Source: Deltaproteobacteria bacterium
GTDB lineage: Bacteria; Myxococcota_A; UBA9160; SMWR01
Assembly (NCBI GenBank): GCA_032128375.1
Contig: JAQBGU010000209.1
Span: 32,501-96,500 of the forward strand
Direction: 5' to 3'
Length of the DNA: 64,000 bases
Shown here: piece by piece, positions 37,530 to 48,112 of the stretch
Numbering within the stretch: position 1 is the first letter of the stretch
How the letters are laid out: every line of letters starts with the position of its first letter
Notes under the pieces: generated by a model
Database searches by the model: none
Seen by the model: the letters and a program-made list of their open reading frames with translations, nothing else
What the model was told of the DNA's origin: nothing
Position numbers and translations under genes: made by a program

Positions 37530-38318
37530 CTATCGGGAGCGCAACGACACCATTTTCGTCTCAGCGTTGACGACGAGTTGTGGGGTCGGCAGGAGCTGCG
37601 CCTTTCGACCGTCACAACTACGCCCGCTGCGCAGATCGAACTGATACCCGTGCCACGGGCAGACGATTTCGCCCACCGCGTCGGGAGTGCCGAGCGGACC
37701 GAGCATGTGTGGGCACATCGACGAATACACAACCAGCTCCCCGTCGAGTTCCACCACGCGATACGGGCGACCGCTGAAATCGACTTCGATGGGCAACGCC
37801 TTGCGAAGTTCCGATTCGGTTCCCAACGCGAGGGTTCCCTTCATCGGAACGGCCCGGCCGGCGAGCCGCGACTCCCGAAGCATCATCATCAGTTCGTCTT
37901 CGTCCCAGAGCCGGCTGTAAAGCGCCGTGTACGCGGCTCCGATCGCGTCGACCGCGCCAGGTTCGATGCCGGGCAGATGAAACTCCACCTCGATGTTGGT
38001 GCGGTTCGCGTCGATCGGCTCGACCGTCGTCCAGATTTCGCTGCCCGTTCCCGAGCCGGCGATCGTGCGCGACACGTATCGCGACCGCGGCGCATCGATG
38101 ATCAACTCGAGCGAGATTGTTCGAGAATCGGAAGACGCCAGCGTGAGTTCTACCCGCCACCCCCAGTCGCCGCTGTCGATGTGCTCGAGCGCGAGAAACG
38201 AACCGTTGTGGAGCCATGGGAGGTGTTCCCAATCGCGCACGTTCTCCCAAACGCGCTCGCCGGACGCCGAAACCTCTCGTCGGTAGGTAGCCACGCGGGT
38301 GAGACCCTCGACCTGCAT
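37530..38318 (-). CDS. SRPBCC-type domain plus C-terminal Rieske [2Fe-2S] domain protein
   Basis: WENVRDWEHLPWLH and LWDED in the N-half; CPH...CPWHGYQFDLRSG at the C-terminus. Confidence 0.85.
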   Translation of the reverse strand: MQVEGLTRVATYRREVSASGERVWENVRDWEHLPWLHNGSFLALEHIDSGDWGWRVELTLASSDSRTISLELIIDAPRSRYVSRTIAGSGTGSEIWTTVEPIDANRTNIEVEFHLPGIEPGAVDAIGAAYTALYSRLWDEDELMMMLRESRLAGRAVPMKGTLALGTESELRKALPIEVDFSGRPYRVVELDGELVVYSSMCPHMLGPLGTPDAVGEIVCPWHGYQFDLRSGRSCDGRKAQLLPTPQLVVNAETKMVSLRSR

Positions 38319-38462
38319 CGATTCAACTCCGGACCTGCCCAGGGTCGTGTTACGGTCTCGCCATGCCCTGTGCCGAAAAGAGAGGGTCAAGGATACCACC
38401 TCGGTCGACCATCGCTGGTCGAGTCGATATACAGTTCGATGGGCCAAGACCACGGAGTCGCA

Positions 38463-40016
38463 ATGAGCGAAACGCGTTCAAATGGTTCGAATGAAGAAAC
38501 CGGCCACCGCGGCATGCCGAAGCGCGCGGTGGTGATCTTGCTCGATAGCCTCAACCGACACATGTTGGGCGCATACGGAGGCGGCGAATTCGACACGCCG
38601 AACCTCGATCGCTTCGCGCAATCGGCGGCGCGCTTCGACAATCACTACACGGGTTCGCTCCCGTGCATGCCTGCGCGGCACGATCTTCTCTGCGGTGCGC
38701 TCGATTTCCTGTGGAAGCCGTGGGGTTCCATCGAACTCTGGGAGGAACCGCTGACGGTCCCGCTGCGACGCGCTGGTGTGACGACTCAATTGATCTCGGA
38801 TCACCCGCACCTGTTCGAAACCGGTGGTGAAAACTACCACTGTGACTTCACGGCTTGGGACTACCAACGCGGCCACGAGAGTGACCCATGGAAGACGCGC
38901 GGCGACCCCAGTTGGATCGGCACGCCGGTTTTCAGTCGCGGCAAGGACATGCCCTACGAATTGTCGCGTGGCCACTTCCAGGACGAAACGGACTTCCCCG
39001 GCCCGCGCACGATGGCTGCGGCGGCCCGTTGGATCGACGAGGTAGCCCAGCACCACGATCGCTTCCTGCTGTTCGTCGACGAGTTCGACCCTCATGAACC
39101 TTTCGATACGCCGGAACCGTACGCGTCGATGTACGACGATAGTTGGCCCGATGCCCACCTGATCTGGCCTCCCTACACCGGGGCCGGCTTCGCCGACGGC
39201 ATCCTCACGCCTCGCCAGGCACATCAGATTCGCGCCTGCTACGGCGGGAAACTCACGATGATCGACCACTGGTTCGGTCGCATCCTGGACGCGCTCGAGA
39301 CTCGACAACTCGCAGACGACACGGCCGTGATCGTCTGCACCGATCACGGCCACTACCTGGGTGAGAAGGACGCCTGGGGGAAGCCGGCCGTTCCGATTTA
39401 TGAAACTCTCGGCCACACTCCGCTGATGATCTCTTGGCCCGGCTCGCGAGAGCGCGCGCCGATTCCCGCTCTGACGACCAACGTAGATATCTATGCGACG
39501 CTGCTCGATATCTTTGGCGTGAGTTCGACTCACGCAACCCACGGAAAATCACTCGTGCCGTTGCTCGATGGCAGGCAGACCCGCATCCGCGATCTTGCGC
39601 TATCGGGAATCTGGGCGCGCGAGGTGCATGTCCTCGACGGAGAACACAAGTACGCGCGCGCGCCGGTCGCTGGGAACGCACCGCTGAGTATCTGGTCGAA
39701 TCGGTGGTCCACGATGCCGATTCATCGCTTTCCCGATATCAAACTGCCCAGCCCCGACCACCGCGCAACACTGGACCGTATGCCCGGATCGGACATCCCG
39801 GTGATTCGGCAACCCTTCGGAGCCGAGGACAATCGTCCGTTCTGGGCGCTCGGCCGTTTCACGGGCGACCGACTCTACGATCTGAGAGAAGATCCGACGG
39901 AGGAACGAAACCTCGAAAATTCTGCTCTGAAACGCGAGATGGAAGAAAAGCTGCGCGCGGCACTGGTCGGCGTCGAAGCGCCGGCCGAGCAACTGCAGAG
40001 GTTGGGGCTGTGCTAG
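38463..40016 (+). CDS. Formylglycine-dependent sulfatase
   Basis: ILLDSLNR, CMPAR, FDPHEPFD, TDHG. Confidence 0.92.
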   Translation: MSETRSNGSNEETGHRGMPKRAVVILLDSLNRHMLGAYGGGEFDTPNLDRFAQSAARFDNHYTGSLPCMPARHDLLCGALDFLWKPWGSIELWEEPLTVPLRRAGVTTQLISDHPHLFETGGENYHCDFTAWDYQRGHESDPWKTRGDPSWIGTPVFSRGKDMPYELSRGHFQDETDFPGPRTMAAAARWIDEVAQHHDRFLLFVDEFDPHEPFDTPEPYASMYDDSWPDAHLIWPPYTGAGFADGILTPRQAHQIRACYGGKLTMIDHWFGRILDALETRQLADDTAVIVCTDHGHYLGEKDAWGKPAVPIYETLGHTPLMISWPGSRERAPIPALTTNVDIYATLLDIFGVSSTHATHGKSLVPLLDGRQTRIRDLALSGIWAREVHVLDGEHKYARAPVAGNAPLSIWSNRWSTMPIHRFPDIKLPSPDHRATLDRMPGSDIPVIRQPFGAEDNRPFWALGRFTGDRLYDLREDPTEERNLENSALKREMEEKLRAALVGVEAPAEQLQRLGLC

Positions 40017-40122
40017 CCCTGAGAGAAGGAAACGCGTGTCTCGCGACCCGAGCCGGAATCAAGACCGTTCCTGGCAGAACACATCATGAAAACAGTGCGA
40101 ACTGCGGCGACTCGAAGAGTAT

Positions 40123-42399
40123 TCAGCCTCGCTGCTCGGCTTGCGGGCGAAGCTGATTCGGAGAACCGGCGGCACGCGGATGGAATCGCCACCAGCCGGT
40201 GATCAGCGCCATGCACAGCGCCGTCGCAAAGGTCAGTGCAGACCCCAGGCGGAAGCTCAGCGGCTCGTAGCGGAATTCCACCGCGCGCTTCCCGGCGTCG
40301 ATGCGCACCGCACGGAACAGGTGGTTGGCACGCAGGATCGGCACCTCGCGCCCGTCGACGGTCGCTTTCCACCCCGGATAGTGGAAGTCGGTGAGCACGA
40401 GGTAGCCCGCCGTAGGGGCCTCGATGCGGACCACGACACGTTCGGGTTGGTAGCGGTGAATCGTCGCTGGTGCGAATCTCGCTGCAGCGTCGGGTATCTC
40501 CGTCACGGTCTCGGCTGCGACCTCCAATACGACCTCCCGTCGGGGGTCGAAGTGCTCCTCAGCGAGCGCGGCTAGGGCTGCCGCCCCGTCCGCGACTGAG
40601 CGGGCACGGGCGATAAAGAAAGCCCGCGGCAGCGTCTCATCGCGTTCGTACAACTGAAATAACGTTGAGTCATGCCTGCGAAGGCCCGCCGATTCCGGCA
40701 CCCAGGAACGAAGCCTTTCCGGCGCGATGAGTCCCGGAAACAGGTAGAGGCGCACACCGGCCAGATCGAGCAGCGGCAGACGGCTGTCGGAATTTAGTTC
40801 GAACTTCCCGTTGAATGGCACCGCACGGTGTTCACCCGAGGCCAGTTCGAAATACTCGGCGTAGCGAATCGGCGCCAGCGGCTCGTAGTCGTTGACGACG
40901 AGCAGGTCGGAATACATGCCGAGTTTCATCAGCTGGATCCTGCGAGAGATGTAGAGCCGATCCCCGTTGAGAATCTGTCGGATCTGGTCGACCTCGACAC
41001 GGTCGGCGTGATCGCTGAGAAAGGTCGGAAAATGCCAGGGTCGCACGTCCCGGTTGGCCGATCCGGCGAACACGCTCGATACCTGGAGCGCGACCACAGC
41101 CGCCACCGCCACCCGACGAGGCCTACCGGCGGGTAACAGGCCGAACAGCACCAGCAGTCCGATCAGACCGAACAGCCATAGATTCACCTCGCCGGCTGCG
41201 ATCAGCGCCAGCGCGGCACCAGTGCCCACCGCCAACCCGAGCCACCAGCCGACGTATCGCCAGGTCGCACGGCTCGAAGTTTCAACCAACTCGTGCAGTC
41301 GGGCAACGGCGAGTCCACAGAGCAGCGCCTGAGCGAACGCGTAGATGGTCAGAAACTTCACAGGACGCCTGAATAGCGCCCCCACCGGCAGTTCGGTGTA
41401 CGCGCTATACAGGAAGCCGCCATTGGCGATCAACACGGCGATGGCGGCCGATACCAGTGCAAAGGTCCACGGCCAACGCTGCCGCTTCGAGTCGGCGCCG
41501 ACAAACACCGCGAGGACACCCAGCGCTCCGACCGCGGCGACATCAGAGCCCGACGCGATCGAGTGACCGAAACGCGACCAGCTCATCGAGCCGAAGCGCA
41601 TGATCTCGACGAGTTCGAGTTCTCCGGGTCCTCGCACGCTTTCGAACACAAGTTCGAGCGTCGGGAGAAGCTGCACCGCCGAGAGCGCGACACCCGCAAT
41701 CACCCAGACCAGCAGGGTCACACCCAACGCGAGCGCCGTGCGCACGTTCGTGTCGAGGGCGAGCTGGGCCAGGCGGAATAGCGCGTAGGCGGAAGCGACG
41801 TACATCGTGTGCAGAAAAATTTCCGATGCGCCATTGAAGATCTGGAATGCCACGGCGACCGCAAGCCCCAACCGCGCCGCACGCGAGCCCCTGACGACCT
41901 TTTCGACGGCGAGCACGGTGATCGGCATCCACGCCAATCCGGCAACCATGAACGGCTGGTTGACCCAATCGATCAGGCGGCCCGACCAGCAGAACGTCAA
42001 GGCCGCCGTCAACCCCGCGGCCCACGGGAGCCCGAGCGCGCGCACCAGCAACGCCGTGGCGATCGCCGCGGCACTCATGTGAAGCACATACGAGAGCTCG
42101 AAGCCCAGTGCGGTTCCCGCCAGGTACACGGCGTTCGGCAGGTAGAAAAGGCCGACGTAAGGGATCGCCATGAAGGGCAGCCCGCACAACTGGTGGGGAT
42201 TCCACAGCGGAAGGCGGCCCGCACGGAGCGACTCCACGGCGTACTGTGTCATCGGCTGCTGCGACACAAAAATGTCGAGATTGGATACGGTGAACCACGA
42301 CAAGGCCGAGTCGATGACTCGAAACTTCCAGAACAGCAGCACAGAAGAGACGAGCAGCGCGTTCCAAGCGAGCTTCTTGCGGTCCAGAATCACCTTCAC
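40123..42399 (-). CDS. YfhO-family (GT-C) membrane protein
   Basis: GRLPLWNP..LCGLPF, LFYLPN, AVQLLPTLE, LPRAF, YPGWKATVDG, ANHLFRAV, EFRYEP. Confidence 0.9.
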   Translation of the reverse strand: MKVILDRKKLAWNALLVSSVLLFWKFRVIDSALSWFTVSNLDIFVSQQPMTQYAVESLRAGRLPLWNPHQLCGLPFMAIPYVGLFYLPNAVYLAGTALGFELSYVLHMSAAAIATALLVRALGLPWAAGLTAALTFCWSGRLIDWVNQPFMVAGLAWMPITVLAVEKVVRGSRAARLGLAVAVAFQIFNGASEIFLHTMYVASAYALFRLAQLALDTNVRTALALGVTLLVWVIAGVALSAVQLLPTLELVFESVRGPGELELVEIMRFGSMSWSRFGHSIASGSDVAAVGALGVLAVFVGADSKRQRWPWTFALVSAAIAVLIANGGFLYSAYTELPVGALFRRPVKFLTIYAFAQALLCGLAVARLHELVETSSRATWRYVGWWLGLAVGTGAALALIAAGEVNLWLFGLIGLLVLFGLLPAGRPRRVAVAAVVALQVSSVFAGSANRDVRPWHFPTFLSDHADRVEVDQIRQILNGDRLYISRRIQLMKLGMYSDLLVVNDYEPLAPIRYAEYFELASGEHRAVPFNGKFELNSDSRLPLLDLAGVRLYLFPGLIAPERLRSWVPESAGLRRHDSTLFQLYERDETLPRAFFIARARSVADGAAALAALAEEHFDPRREVVLEVAAETVTEIPDAAARFAPATIHRYQPERVVVRIEAPTAGYLVLTDFHYPGWKATVDGREVPILRANHLFRAVRIDAGKRAVEFRYEPLSFRLGSALTFATALCMALITGWWRFHPRAAGSPNQLRPQAEQRG

Positions 42400-42670
42400 G
42401 GAGTGATGAGGATCACTCCCAGTTCTGAGATGGCGATCCTCAAGGTATCACATCCGCTGTGCGCGAATTCCAGCGCAGCGACTCGCGCGGGGCTGAGATG
42501 CCAACGATCGAAACACCCACGCATCACCAAAGCGCTCCAATCGCCAGCAGTTTCACTTCCGAAATGGCGGATCCCGAGCTGGTATCGCGAAAGCGTTGTT
42601 GACTCGAGAGCAGGCGGCGAGTAGAAGTGGGATCCCCAGCCGCTTCCGGCGGCGTCACCGAGGAGCCGAC

Positions 42671-43126
42671 ATGTCCGCGAATGTCACACAGAACGAGAAG
42701 AGCGAATTTTTCGAAGCGATCGACGCCGCGAGCAAGACCGCCATCTGGTGCGCGGTAGCGACGGTCGCCGACGACGAGCCGCGTGTGCGGATGGTTCACC
42801 CGACCTGGGAAGGCGAGACCCTTTGGTTTGCGACCGGAACCGGATCGCCCAAGCACCAGCAAATCGAAGCCAATTCGAGCATCGACATTCAGTTCCAGGT
42901 CGCTCCGCCCGATTTCGTCCACATACTGGTTCGCGGCCAGGCCGAGATCGTCGGTGACGAGGTCGAGAAGAAGCGGGTTTGGGACGTGATCGATTACGAC
43001 CTTTCCCAGTTCTGGTCGGGAGGCCCGACGGATCCCAACTACACGCTCGTCAAAGTTACTCCATCGCGTGTCGAACTATCGAAGATGTTCGGCTCGATGG
43101 ACAAGCGGGTCTGGCGGACCGATTGA
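42671..43126 (+). CDS. Pyridoxamine 5'-phosphate oxidase-like split-barrel (FMN/F420-binding) protein
   Basis: ATV..DEPRVRMV, LWFAT..SPKHQQIEAN, GGPTDPNY; GAGGAG RBS. Confidence 0.85.
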   Translation: MSANVTQNEKSEFFEAIDAASKTAIWCAVATVADDEPRVRMVHPTWEGETLWFATGTGSPKHQQIEANSSIDIQFQVAPPDFVHILVRGQAEIVGDEVEKKRVWDVIDYDLSQFWSGGPTDPNYTLVKVTPSRVELSKMFGSMDKRVWRTD

Positions 43127-43196
43127 TCCGACCGGCTCGCGCAAGCACGCTGCTGCGCCGGAACCGTGAGGCGCGTGAGGCGATAGGAGAATTCGA

Positions 43197-43988
43197 ATGA
43201 GTGAAGAACTGCTGGTAGAAACGGATGGCGCTATCGCGACGCTGACTCTGAATCGACCGGATCGACTGAACGCCATTTCGGTCTCCATGCTGGACGATCT
43301 CGCCACACAGCTCGTCGCGTGCGACCGCGACCCAAACGTGCGCGTGATCATCCTGACCGGCGCGGGACGCGGATTTTGCGCCGGACTCGACCTGCAAGAT
43401 GCCTCGGCCGGGACCGGTATCGGCTCCGGTGGTGGGGGACCAGCGGTCAATCTCGACTTGCGTGATGCACCGCCGACCGTTCTTCACAAAATCGACACGC
43501 CAACGATCTGCGCTCTCAACGGGGGCGCTGCCGGCTACGGGATGGACCTCGCGTTGGGTTGCGACATCCGCATCGCGGGGCACAGCGGGAAGCTGGCCGC
43601 TGCGTTTACCAAGCGCGGCGTGCTCCCAGAAAGCGGTGGCACCTGGCTATTGCCTCGCCTGGTGGGCTGGGCGAAGGCATCCGAGATCATCTTTACCGGC
43701 CGCACGCTGTCGGCAGACGAGTGTCTCGAACTCGGTTTGGTGAACCGCGTCGTTGCGGATGACATGTTGATCAAGGAAACCCGCGCACTCGCGGAAGAAA
43801 TCGCCGCGAATGCGCCGCTCGCCGTCGCCGCCTCCAAGCGTATGATGCGGATGGGTCTGTCTGAACAATTCGACGACCACGTTCACCACGTGTTCTTGCA
43901 GTTGATGCCGCTATTTCGAAGCAAGGATTTTGCCGAGGGAATGCAGTCCTTCCTCGAGAAGCGCAAGCCCGATTTCAAAGGTCGATAG
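43197..43988 (+). CDS. Enoyl-CoA hydratase/isomerase
   Basis: LNRPDRLNA, FCAGLDL, NGGAAGYG, LPESGG, SFLEKRKPDF. Confidence 0.93.
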   Translation: MSEELLVETDGAIATLTLNRPDRLNAISVSMLDDLATQLVACDRDPNVRVIILTGAGRGFCAGLDLQDASAGTGIGSGGGGPAVNLDLRDAPPTVLHKIDTPTICALNGGAAGYGMDLALGCDIRIAGHSGKLAAAFTKRGVLPESGGTWLLPRLVGWAKASEIIFTGRTLSADECLELGLVNRVVADDMLIKETRALAEEIAANAPLAVAASKRMMRMGLSEQFDDHVHHVFLQLMPLFRSKDFAEGMQSFLEKRKPDFKGR

Positions 43989-44009
43989 CGTCCGCAGACC
44001 CTCGATCGA

Positions 44010-45371
44010 ATGTGCTGCCCGCCGATCATCACCAGTCTGTTCATTACGGCTCTGTTCGTTGGATCGTTGGGCTGCGACCCGCGGGATCCGGCGACCAGGA
44101 CCGAGCGCCCGAATATCATCCTGGTCATCGGCGATGACCATGGCTATCGCGACTTTGGATTTCTGGGTTCGGACACGGCGATCACGCCTCGACTGGACGC
44201 ACTGGCCGCTGGGGCGACGGTGTTCACGCACGGCTACTCGACCGCGAGTAGTTGCCAGCCTTCGCTTCGCACGCTGCTGACCGGGCTTCAGCCGCTCCAG
44301 TTCGCGGCGCGCACTGCGGACGCGCCGCGAACCGGCCGCGCGCGGGGCGAGCAGGAGAGCATTCGGCGCATCGCCACGCTGCCCCGCATCCTGGGTGCCC
44401 ACGGATACTCGAGTTTTCAGAGCGGGAAGCACTGGGAGGGAACCTACGCGGACGCCGGATTCGACGAGGGGATGCTCAAAGTCGACACAACCGAGGGCTG
44501 GAAGCAGAGCGTTCGCATTGGGCGGGCAGGACTCGATCCCGTCTTCGACTTCATCGATCGGCATCGCGACGGGCCATTCTTTGTCTGGTTCGCGCCGCAG
44601 CTGCCTCACATTCCTCACGATCCACCGCCCGAGTTCGTTCGCCCCTATCTCGCAGGAGGTCTCCCGGCCGATGTCGCGACCTATTTTGGAGCCGTGTCGT
44701 GGTTCGACGCGGGTCTCGGACAGCTCATCGATCACCTCGATCGGATCGGGATCCGCGACCAGACCCTCGTCGTCTACGCCGCCGACAACGGCTGGGAAGA
44801 ATTGACGATGACCGGTCCCGAACCCCTGGTCAAACAGGTGGCGTCCATGGGAGGGCCCAGTGGAAAGATGTCACTCTATGACCCGGGCTTCAGAACCCCA
44901 GTCATTTTCGACTGGCCGGGACGAATTCCACCGGATCGCGTGATCAACACCTTGATATCGCTGGCGGATGTGTTCCCCACGCTGTTGAGCTTTGCGGGAA
45001 TCGAAGCCGTGCCGAACCGCGATGGGCGCGACCTGCGTTCGGTTATCGAAGGGTCCGAGTTGCTGGAGCCAAAGCCGCAGATCGGGAACGTGGAGGTGGT
45101 CCGCTCCGATACGCGAAGTGGCGAACACGTTTCCAATCGGCGGCTCGCACCCGGCGGTTACTTTTATCGAGATGATACCTGGCACTACATCGAATATTCG
45201 ACCCGACCTGCCGAGCTCTACCGTGTAGTCGATGACCCGGACGAAACGCATGATCTCGCACTGCAAGAGCCGCTGCTCGTTGCGCGCTTCAGCGCTCAGA
45301 TCGCAGCGTGGGATTCGCGCATGCGGACCAGAGTGCCACCTGACCCGTACGTGGAGGAACCGCTGCCCTGA
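44010..45371 (+). CDS. Sulfatase-family hydrolase, probable lipoprotein
   Basis: Lipobox SLGC; PNIILVIGDDHG, CQPSL.TLLTG, SGKHW, PHIPH, ADNG. Confidence 0.88.
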   Translation: MCCPPIITSLFITALFVGSLGCDPRDPATRTERPNIILVIGDDHGYRDFGFLGSDTAITPRLDALAAGATVFTHGYSTASSCQPSLRTLLTGLQPLQFAARTADAPRTGRARGEQESIRRIATLPRILGAHGYSSFQSGKHWEGTYADAGFDEGMLKVDTTEGWKQSVRIGRAGLDPVFDFIDRHRDGPFFVWFAPQLPHIPHDPPPEFVRPYLAGGLPADVATYFGAVSWFDAGLGQLIDHLDRIGIRDQTLVVYAADNGWEELTMTGPEPLVKQVASMGGPSGKMSLYDPGFRTPVIFDWPGRIPPDRVINTLISLADVFPTLLSFAGIEAVPNRDGRDLRSVIEGSELLEPKPQIGNVEVVRSDTRSGEHVSNRRLAPGGYFYRDDTWHYIEYSTRPAELYRVVDDPDETHDLALQEPLLVARFSAQIAAWDSRMRTRVPPDPYVEEPLP

Positions 45372-45450
45372 CCAGGACTCGTTTCGCGTTCTCCCGCGGC
45401 GAACGCCTCCACGTCGTCGGCCGACCCAAGACGCCAGGCGGAACTCCTGC

Positions 45451-46263
45451 TCAAATATCGTCGAAGCGTCCGCCGCGTCCGTGTCCGGCGGCGAAACGGC
45501 GCGCGCCCTCGGCCGTCTCGCCCGACTCGATCGCTCCCATCCCCAACTCGAACTCCCGCGCCAGCGCCTCGGCATACGGCAAGCTCCACTGGTCGTAGGC
45601 AGAGCGGCGGTCGGCGCGCATGCAAATTTGTGGAAAGCGCGCGATCTCATTTGCCAAACGCTCAGCCGCCTCTCGGGCGGTCCCCACGGCGACCACCCTG
45701 TTGGCCAGGCCCATCGCGAGCGCTTCGTCAGCGCCAACTTCTCGGCCAGTCAGAATCAAGTCCATCGCACGGCCGTGTCCGATGATTCGCGGCAATCGAA
45801 GCGTCCCCCCGTCGACTAGCGGTACTCCCCAGCGGCGGCAAAAGACACCCAGGCGCGCGTCCTCCTCCACTACACGCATGTCACACCAGAGTGCGAGTTC
45901 GAGTCCGCCAGCGACCGCGAAGCCGGAAATCGCCGCGATCACAGGCTTCGACAACAGCATTCGCGAAGGTCCCATCGGGCCGTCGAGCGAAAGCGGGTTC
46001 CAGGCCGAGCCCGTCTGCGGGCGAACGACCCGATTCCCCTGGCCTGTTCCGACCGACTTCAGATCTGCACCTGCGCAGAAAGTTCCTCCGTCGCCGAACA
46101 AGACGGCGACCTTCGCGTCGTCGTCTCGTTCGAAATCTTGGAACGCCTGCACGAGAACATCGGCGGTGGGGCGGTCGACCGCGTTGCGGCGTTCGGGTCG
46201 GTGCAAGATCACGGTCGTGACCGGGCCCGAGCGGTCGACTCGAACTGCGGGGATTTCGCCCAT
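45451..46263 (-). CDS. Crotonase/enoyl-CoA hydratase
   Basis: RPERRNAVD, FCAGADL, AVAGGLELALWCD, RRWGVPLVDGG. Confidence 0.93.
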   Translation of the reverse strand: MGEIPAVRVDRSGPVTTVILHRPERRNAVDRPTADVLVQAFQDFERDDDAKVAVLFGDGGTFCAGADLKSVGTGQGNRVVRPQTGSAWNPLSLDGPMGPSRMLLSKPVIAAISGFAVAGGLELALWCDMRVVEEDARLGVFCRRWGVPLVDGGTLRLPRIIGHGRAMDLILTGREVGADEALAMGLANRVVAVGTAREAAERLANEIARFPQICMRADRRSAYDQWSLPYAEALAREFELGMGAIESGETAEGARRFAAGHGRGGRFDDI

Positions 46264-46385
46264 GCGGTTTCCTCCGTTCACCTGACGAGTCATCGACTGT
46301 ACCATGGCGACGCGCAGCGGACGGCCGTTCCACGCAGATAGAAATCCACTCAGAACGGCTCAGAACAACTCAGAAGGAGAATACG

Positions 46386-47399
46386 GTGCTCATCGACGGT
46401 CCGCTGATCGGAACCACGAGTGCTGGCGAGGTGGGGAGGCGTCTGGAAGAGTTCGGCTTCGATGGAGCATTCACGTTCGAGGGGCCGCACGATCCGTTCT
46501 TCCCGCTGATTCTCGCCGCTCGCGAGACACGCAGAATCGAACTTGCCACTGCGATCGCGATCGCGTTTGCCCGAAGTCCGATGCTGCTGGCGAATATCGG
46601 GCATGACTTACAGGCCATCTCCGAGGGTCGCTTCATCCTCGGTCTGGGTTCCCAGATCAAGCCGCACATCGAAAAACGCTTCTCGATGCCCTGGTCGAAG
46701 CCGGCGGCGCGGATGCGCGAACTGGTGCTGGCAATTCGCGCGATCTGGGCCGACTGGAGCGGCGGCGCGAAACTCGACTTCCGTGGCGAATTCTACCAAC
46801 ACACGCTGATGACGCCATTTTTCAATCCCGGACCGAACCCCTTCGGCGATCCCAGAATCTTCGTCGCCGGCGTCGGGCCGCGGATGACCGAAGTCGCAGG
46901 CGAAGTCGCTGACGGTTTCATCATCCATCCGTTCCACACACCCGTGTCAATACAGGACACGACACTGCCGGCACTCGAACGGGGTTTGGCGAAGGCAGGA
47001 CGCAAGCGCGAGGACTTCGAAATTTCGTTCCAGGTCATGGTGGTGAGTGGCCATGACGACGAGACGCTCGAAAATGCGGATAAGCAGGTGCGCGGCCAGA
47101 TCGCGTTTTACGGTTCGACACCAGCCTATCGGGGTGTGCTCGAGTCTCGAGGCTGGGGCGACCTTCAACCCGAACTCAATCGACTCTCCAAGCTGGGTCA
47201 ATGGTCCGAGATGATTGGCTTGATCAGCGACGAAATGCTCGAATCAATCGCCATTTGTGGCAAACCAAGCGAACTCGCCCAAAAGATCCGCGTCCGCTGT
47301 GGTGGTGTGGCTGACCGCGTCAGTCTGGTCGCCGCCTACGCACCCGATCCGGAGGCGTGGGCCGATGTGGTTCGGGACCTCAAGGCTCACGACGCCTGA
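46386..47399 (+). CDS. LLM-class (F420-type) oxidoreductase, MSMEG_2256-like subfamily
   Basis: EGPHDPF, IAIAFARSP, LGLGSQIKPHI, AFYGSTPAY; AAGGAG RBS. Confidence 0.9.
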   Translation: MLIDGPLIGTTSAGEVGRRLEEFGFDGAFTFEGPHDPFFPLILAARETRRIELATAIAIAFARSPMLLANIGHDLQAISEGRFILGLGSQIKPHIEKRFSMPWSKPAARMRELVLAIRAIWADWSGGAKLDFRGEFYQHTLMTPFFNPGPNPFGDPRIFVAGVGPRMTEVAGEVADGFIIHPFHTPVSIQDTTLPALERGLAKAGRKREDFEISFQVMVVSGHDDETLENADKQVRGQIAFYGSTPAYRGVLESRGWGDLQPELNRLSKLGQWSEMIGLISDEMLESIAICGKPSELAQKIRVRCGGVADRVSLVAAYAPDPEAWADVVRDLKAHDA

Positions 47400-47400
47400 C

Positions 47401-48066
47401 ATGCAGGCGCGAGTGTCGCTGTGGATCGGGCTTTGGCTGGTTTCTCTGTCTCACTCGACCGCCGCCAGCGAACCCGCCTGGACGCAAGTGCTCGAACGTG
47501 GCGGCGTAGTAGTGCACGAGAGGTCGGCGGGCGAAGGGAACCCCGTTCAGTCCAGAGCGACGACGCAAATCGACGCAACAGTACTGGAGATCCTCGCCTT
47601 TCTGCAGGACGATGCGAGACGCACCGAATGGATGGCCTACTGTGTCGAAGCCCGCTCACTCGCAAAGCGGAGCCGCTGGAATCGCTTGAGCTACACCCGA
47701 CTCGCCGTTTGGCCGTTTTCGGATCGCGACGTAGTCGTCGAAACACGGGTCACACTGGACCCACGGGTGACATCGGCCGACGTCCAGATGCGAAACGTCG
47801 ATTCCAATCTCGAGGCTCCCGTCCAGGGCATCATCCGAATGCCATCGATGCGTGGCGATATCCGTCTCGAACAGATCGATCGGGGAACGCAAGTCGCCTT
47901 CACGTTGTCGATGGAGCTCGGCGGTCGCGTCCCGGCCAGTCTCGCTCTGTTCGCAAGACGAAGGATCCCCTTGGAATCACTCGAAAATCTGCGGGAGTTG
48001 GTTCCTTCCACCCGCAGCATGTACGCTGAACTCGTCGGAACCTGGCAAAGCGAGCTTCGGCAGTGA
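47401..48066 (+). CDS. Secreted START-domain (lipid-binding) protein
   Basis: Signal peptide; EWM..C, WPFSDRDVV, GGRVP. Confidence 0.8.
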   Translation: MQARVSLWIGLWLVSLSHSTAASEPAWTQVLERGGVVVHERSAGEGNPVQSRATTQIDATVLEILAFLQDDARRTEWMAYCVEARSLAKRSRWNRLSYTRLAVWPFSDRDVVVETRVTLDPRVTSADVQMRNVDSNLEAPVQGIIRMPSMRGDIRLEQIDRGTQVAFTLSMELGGRVPASLALFARRRIPLESLENLRELVPSTRSMYAELVGTWQSELRQ

Positions 48067-48112
48067 CGCTGGGTCGCTGCTCGATTGAATCGACCGATGC
48101 TATGTTCGCGTC

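Noticed and set aside
37506..38462. N-terminal 319-aa extension of the sulfatase ORF (836 aa)
   Set aside because: It is the antisense shadow of the Rieske gene; sulfatase homology starts after 38463.
44250..44285. CQPSL instead of CxPxR as an inactive sulfatase
   Set aside because: The Cys and the metal-binding DD and DN/H motifs are intact, and CxPSL variants occur in sulfatase subfamilies, so inactivity cannot be claimed.
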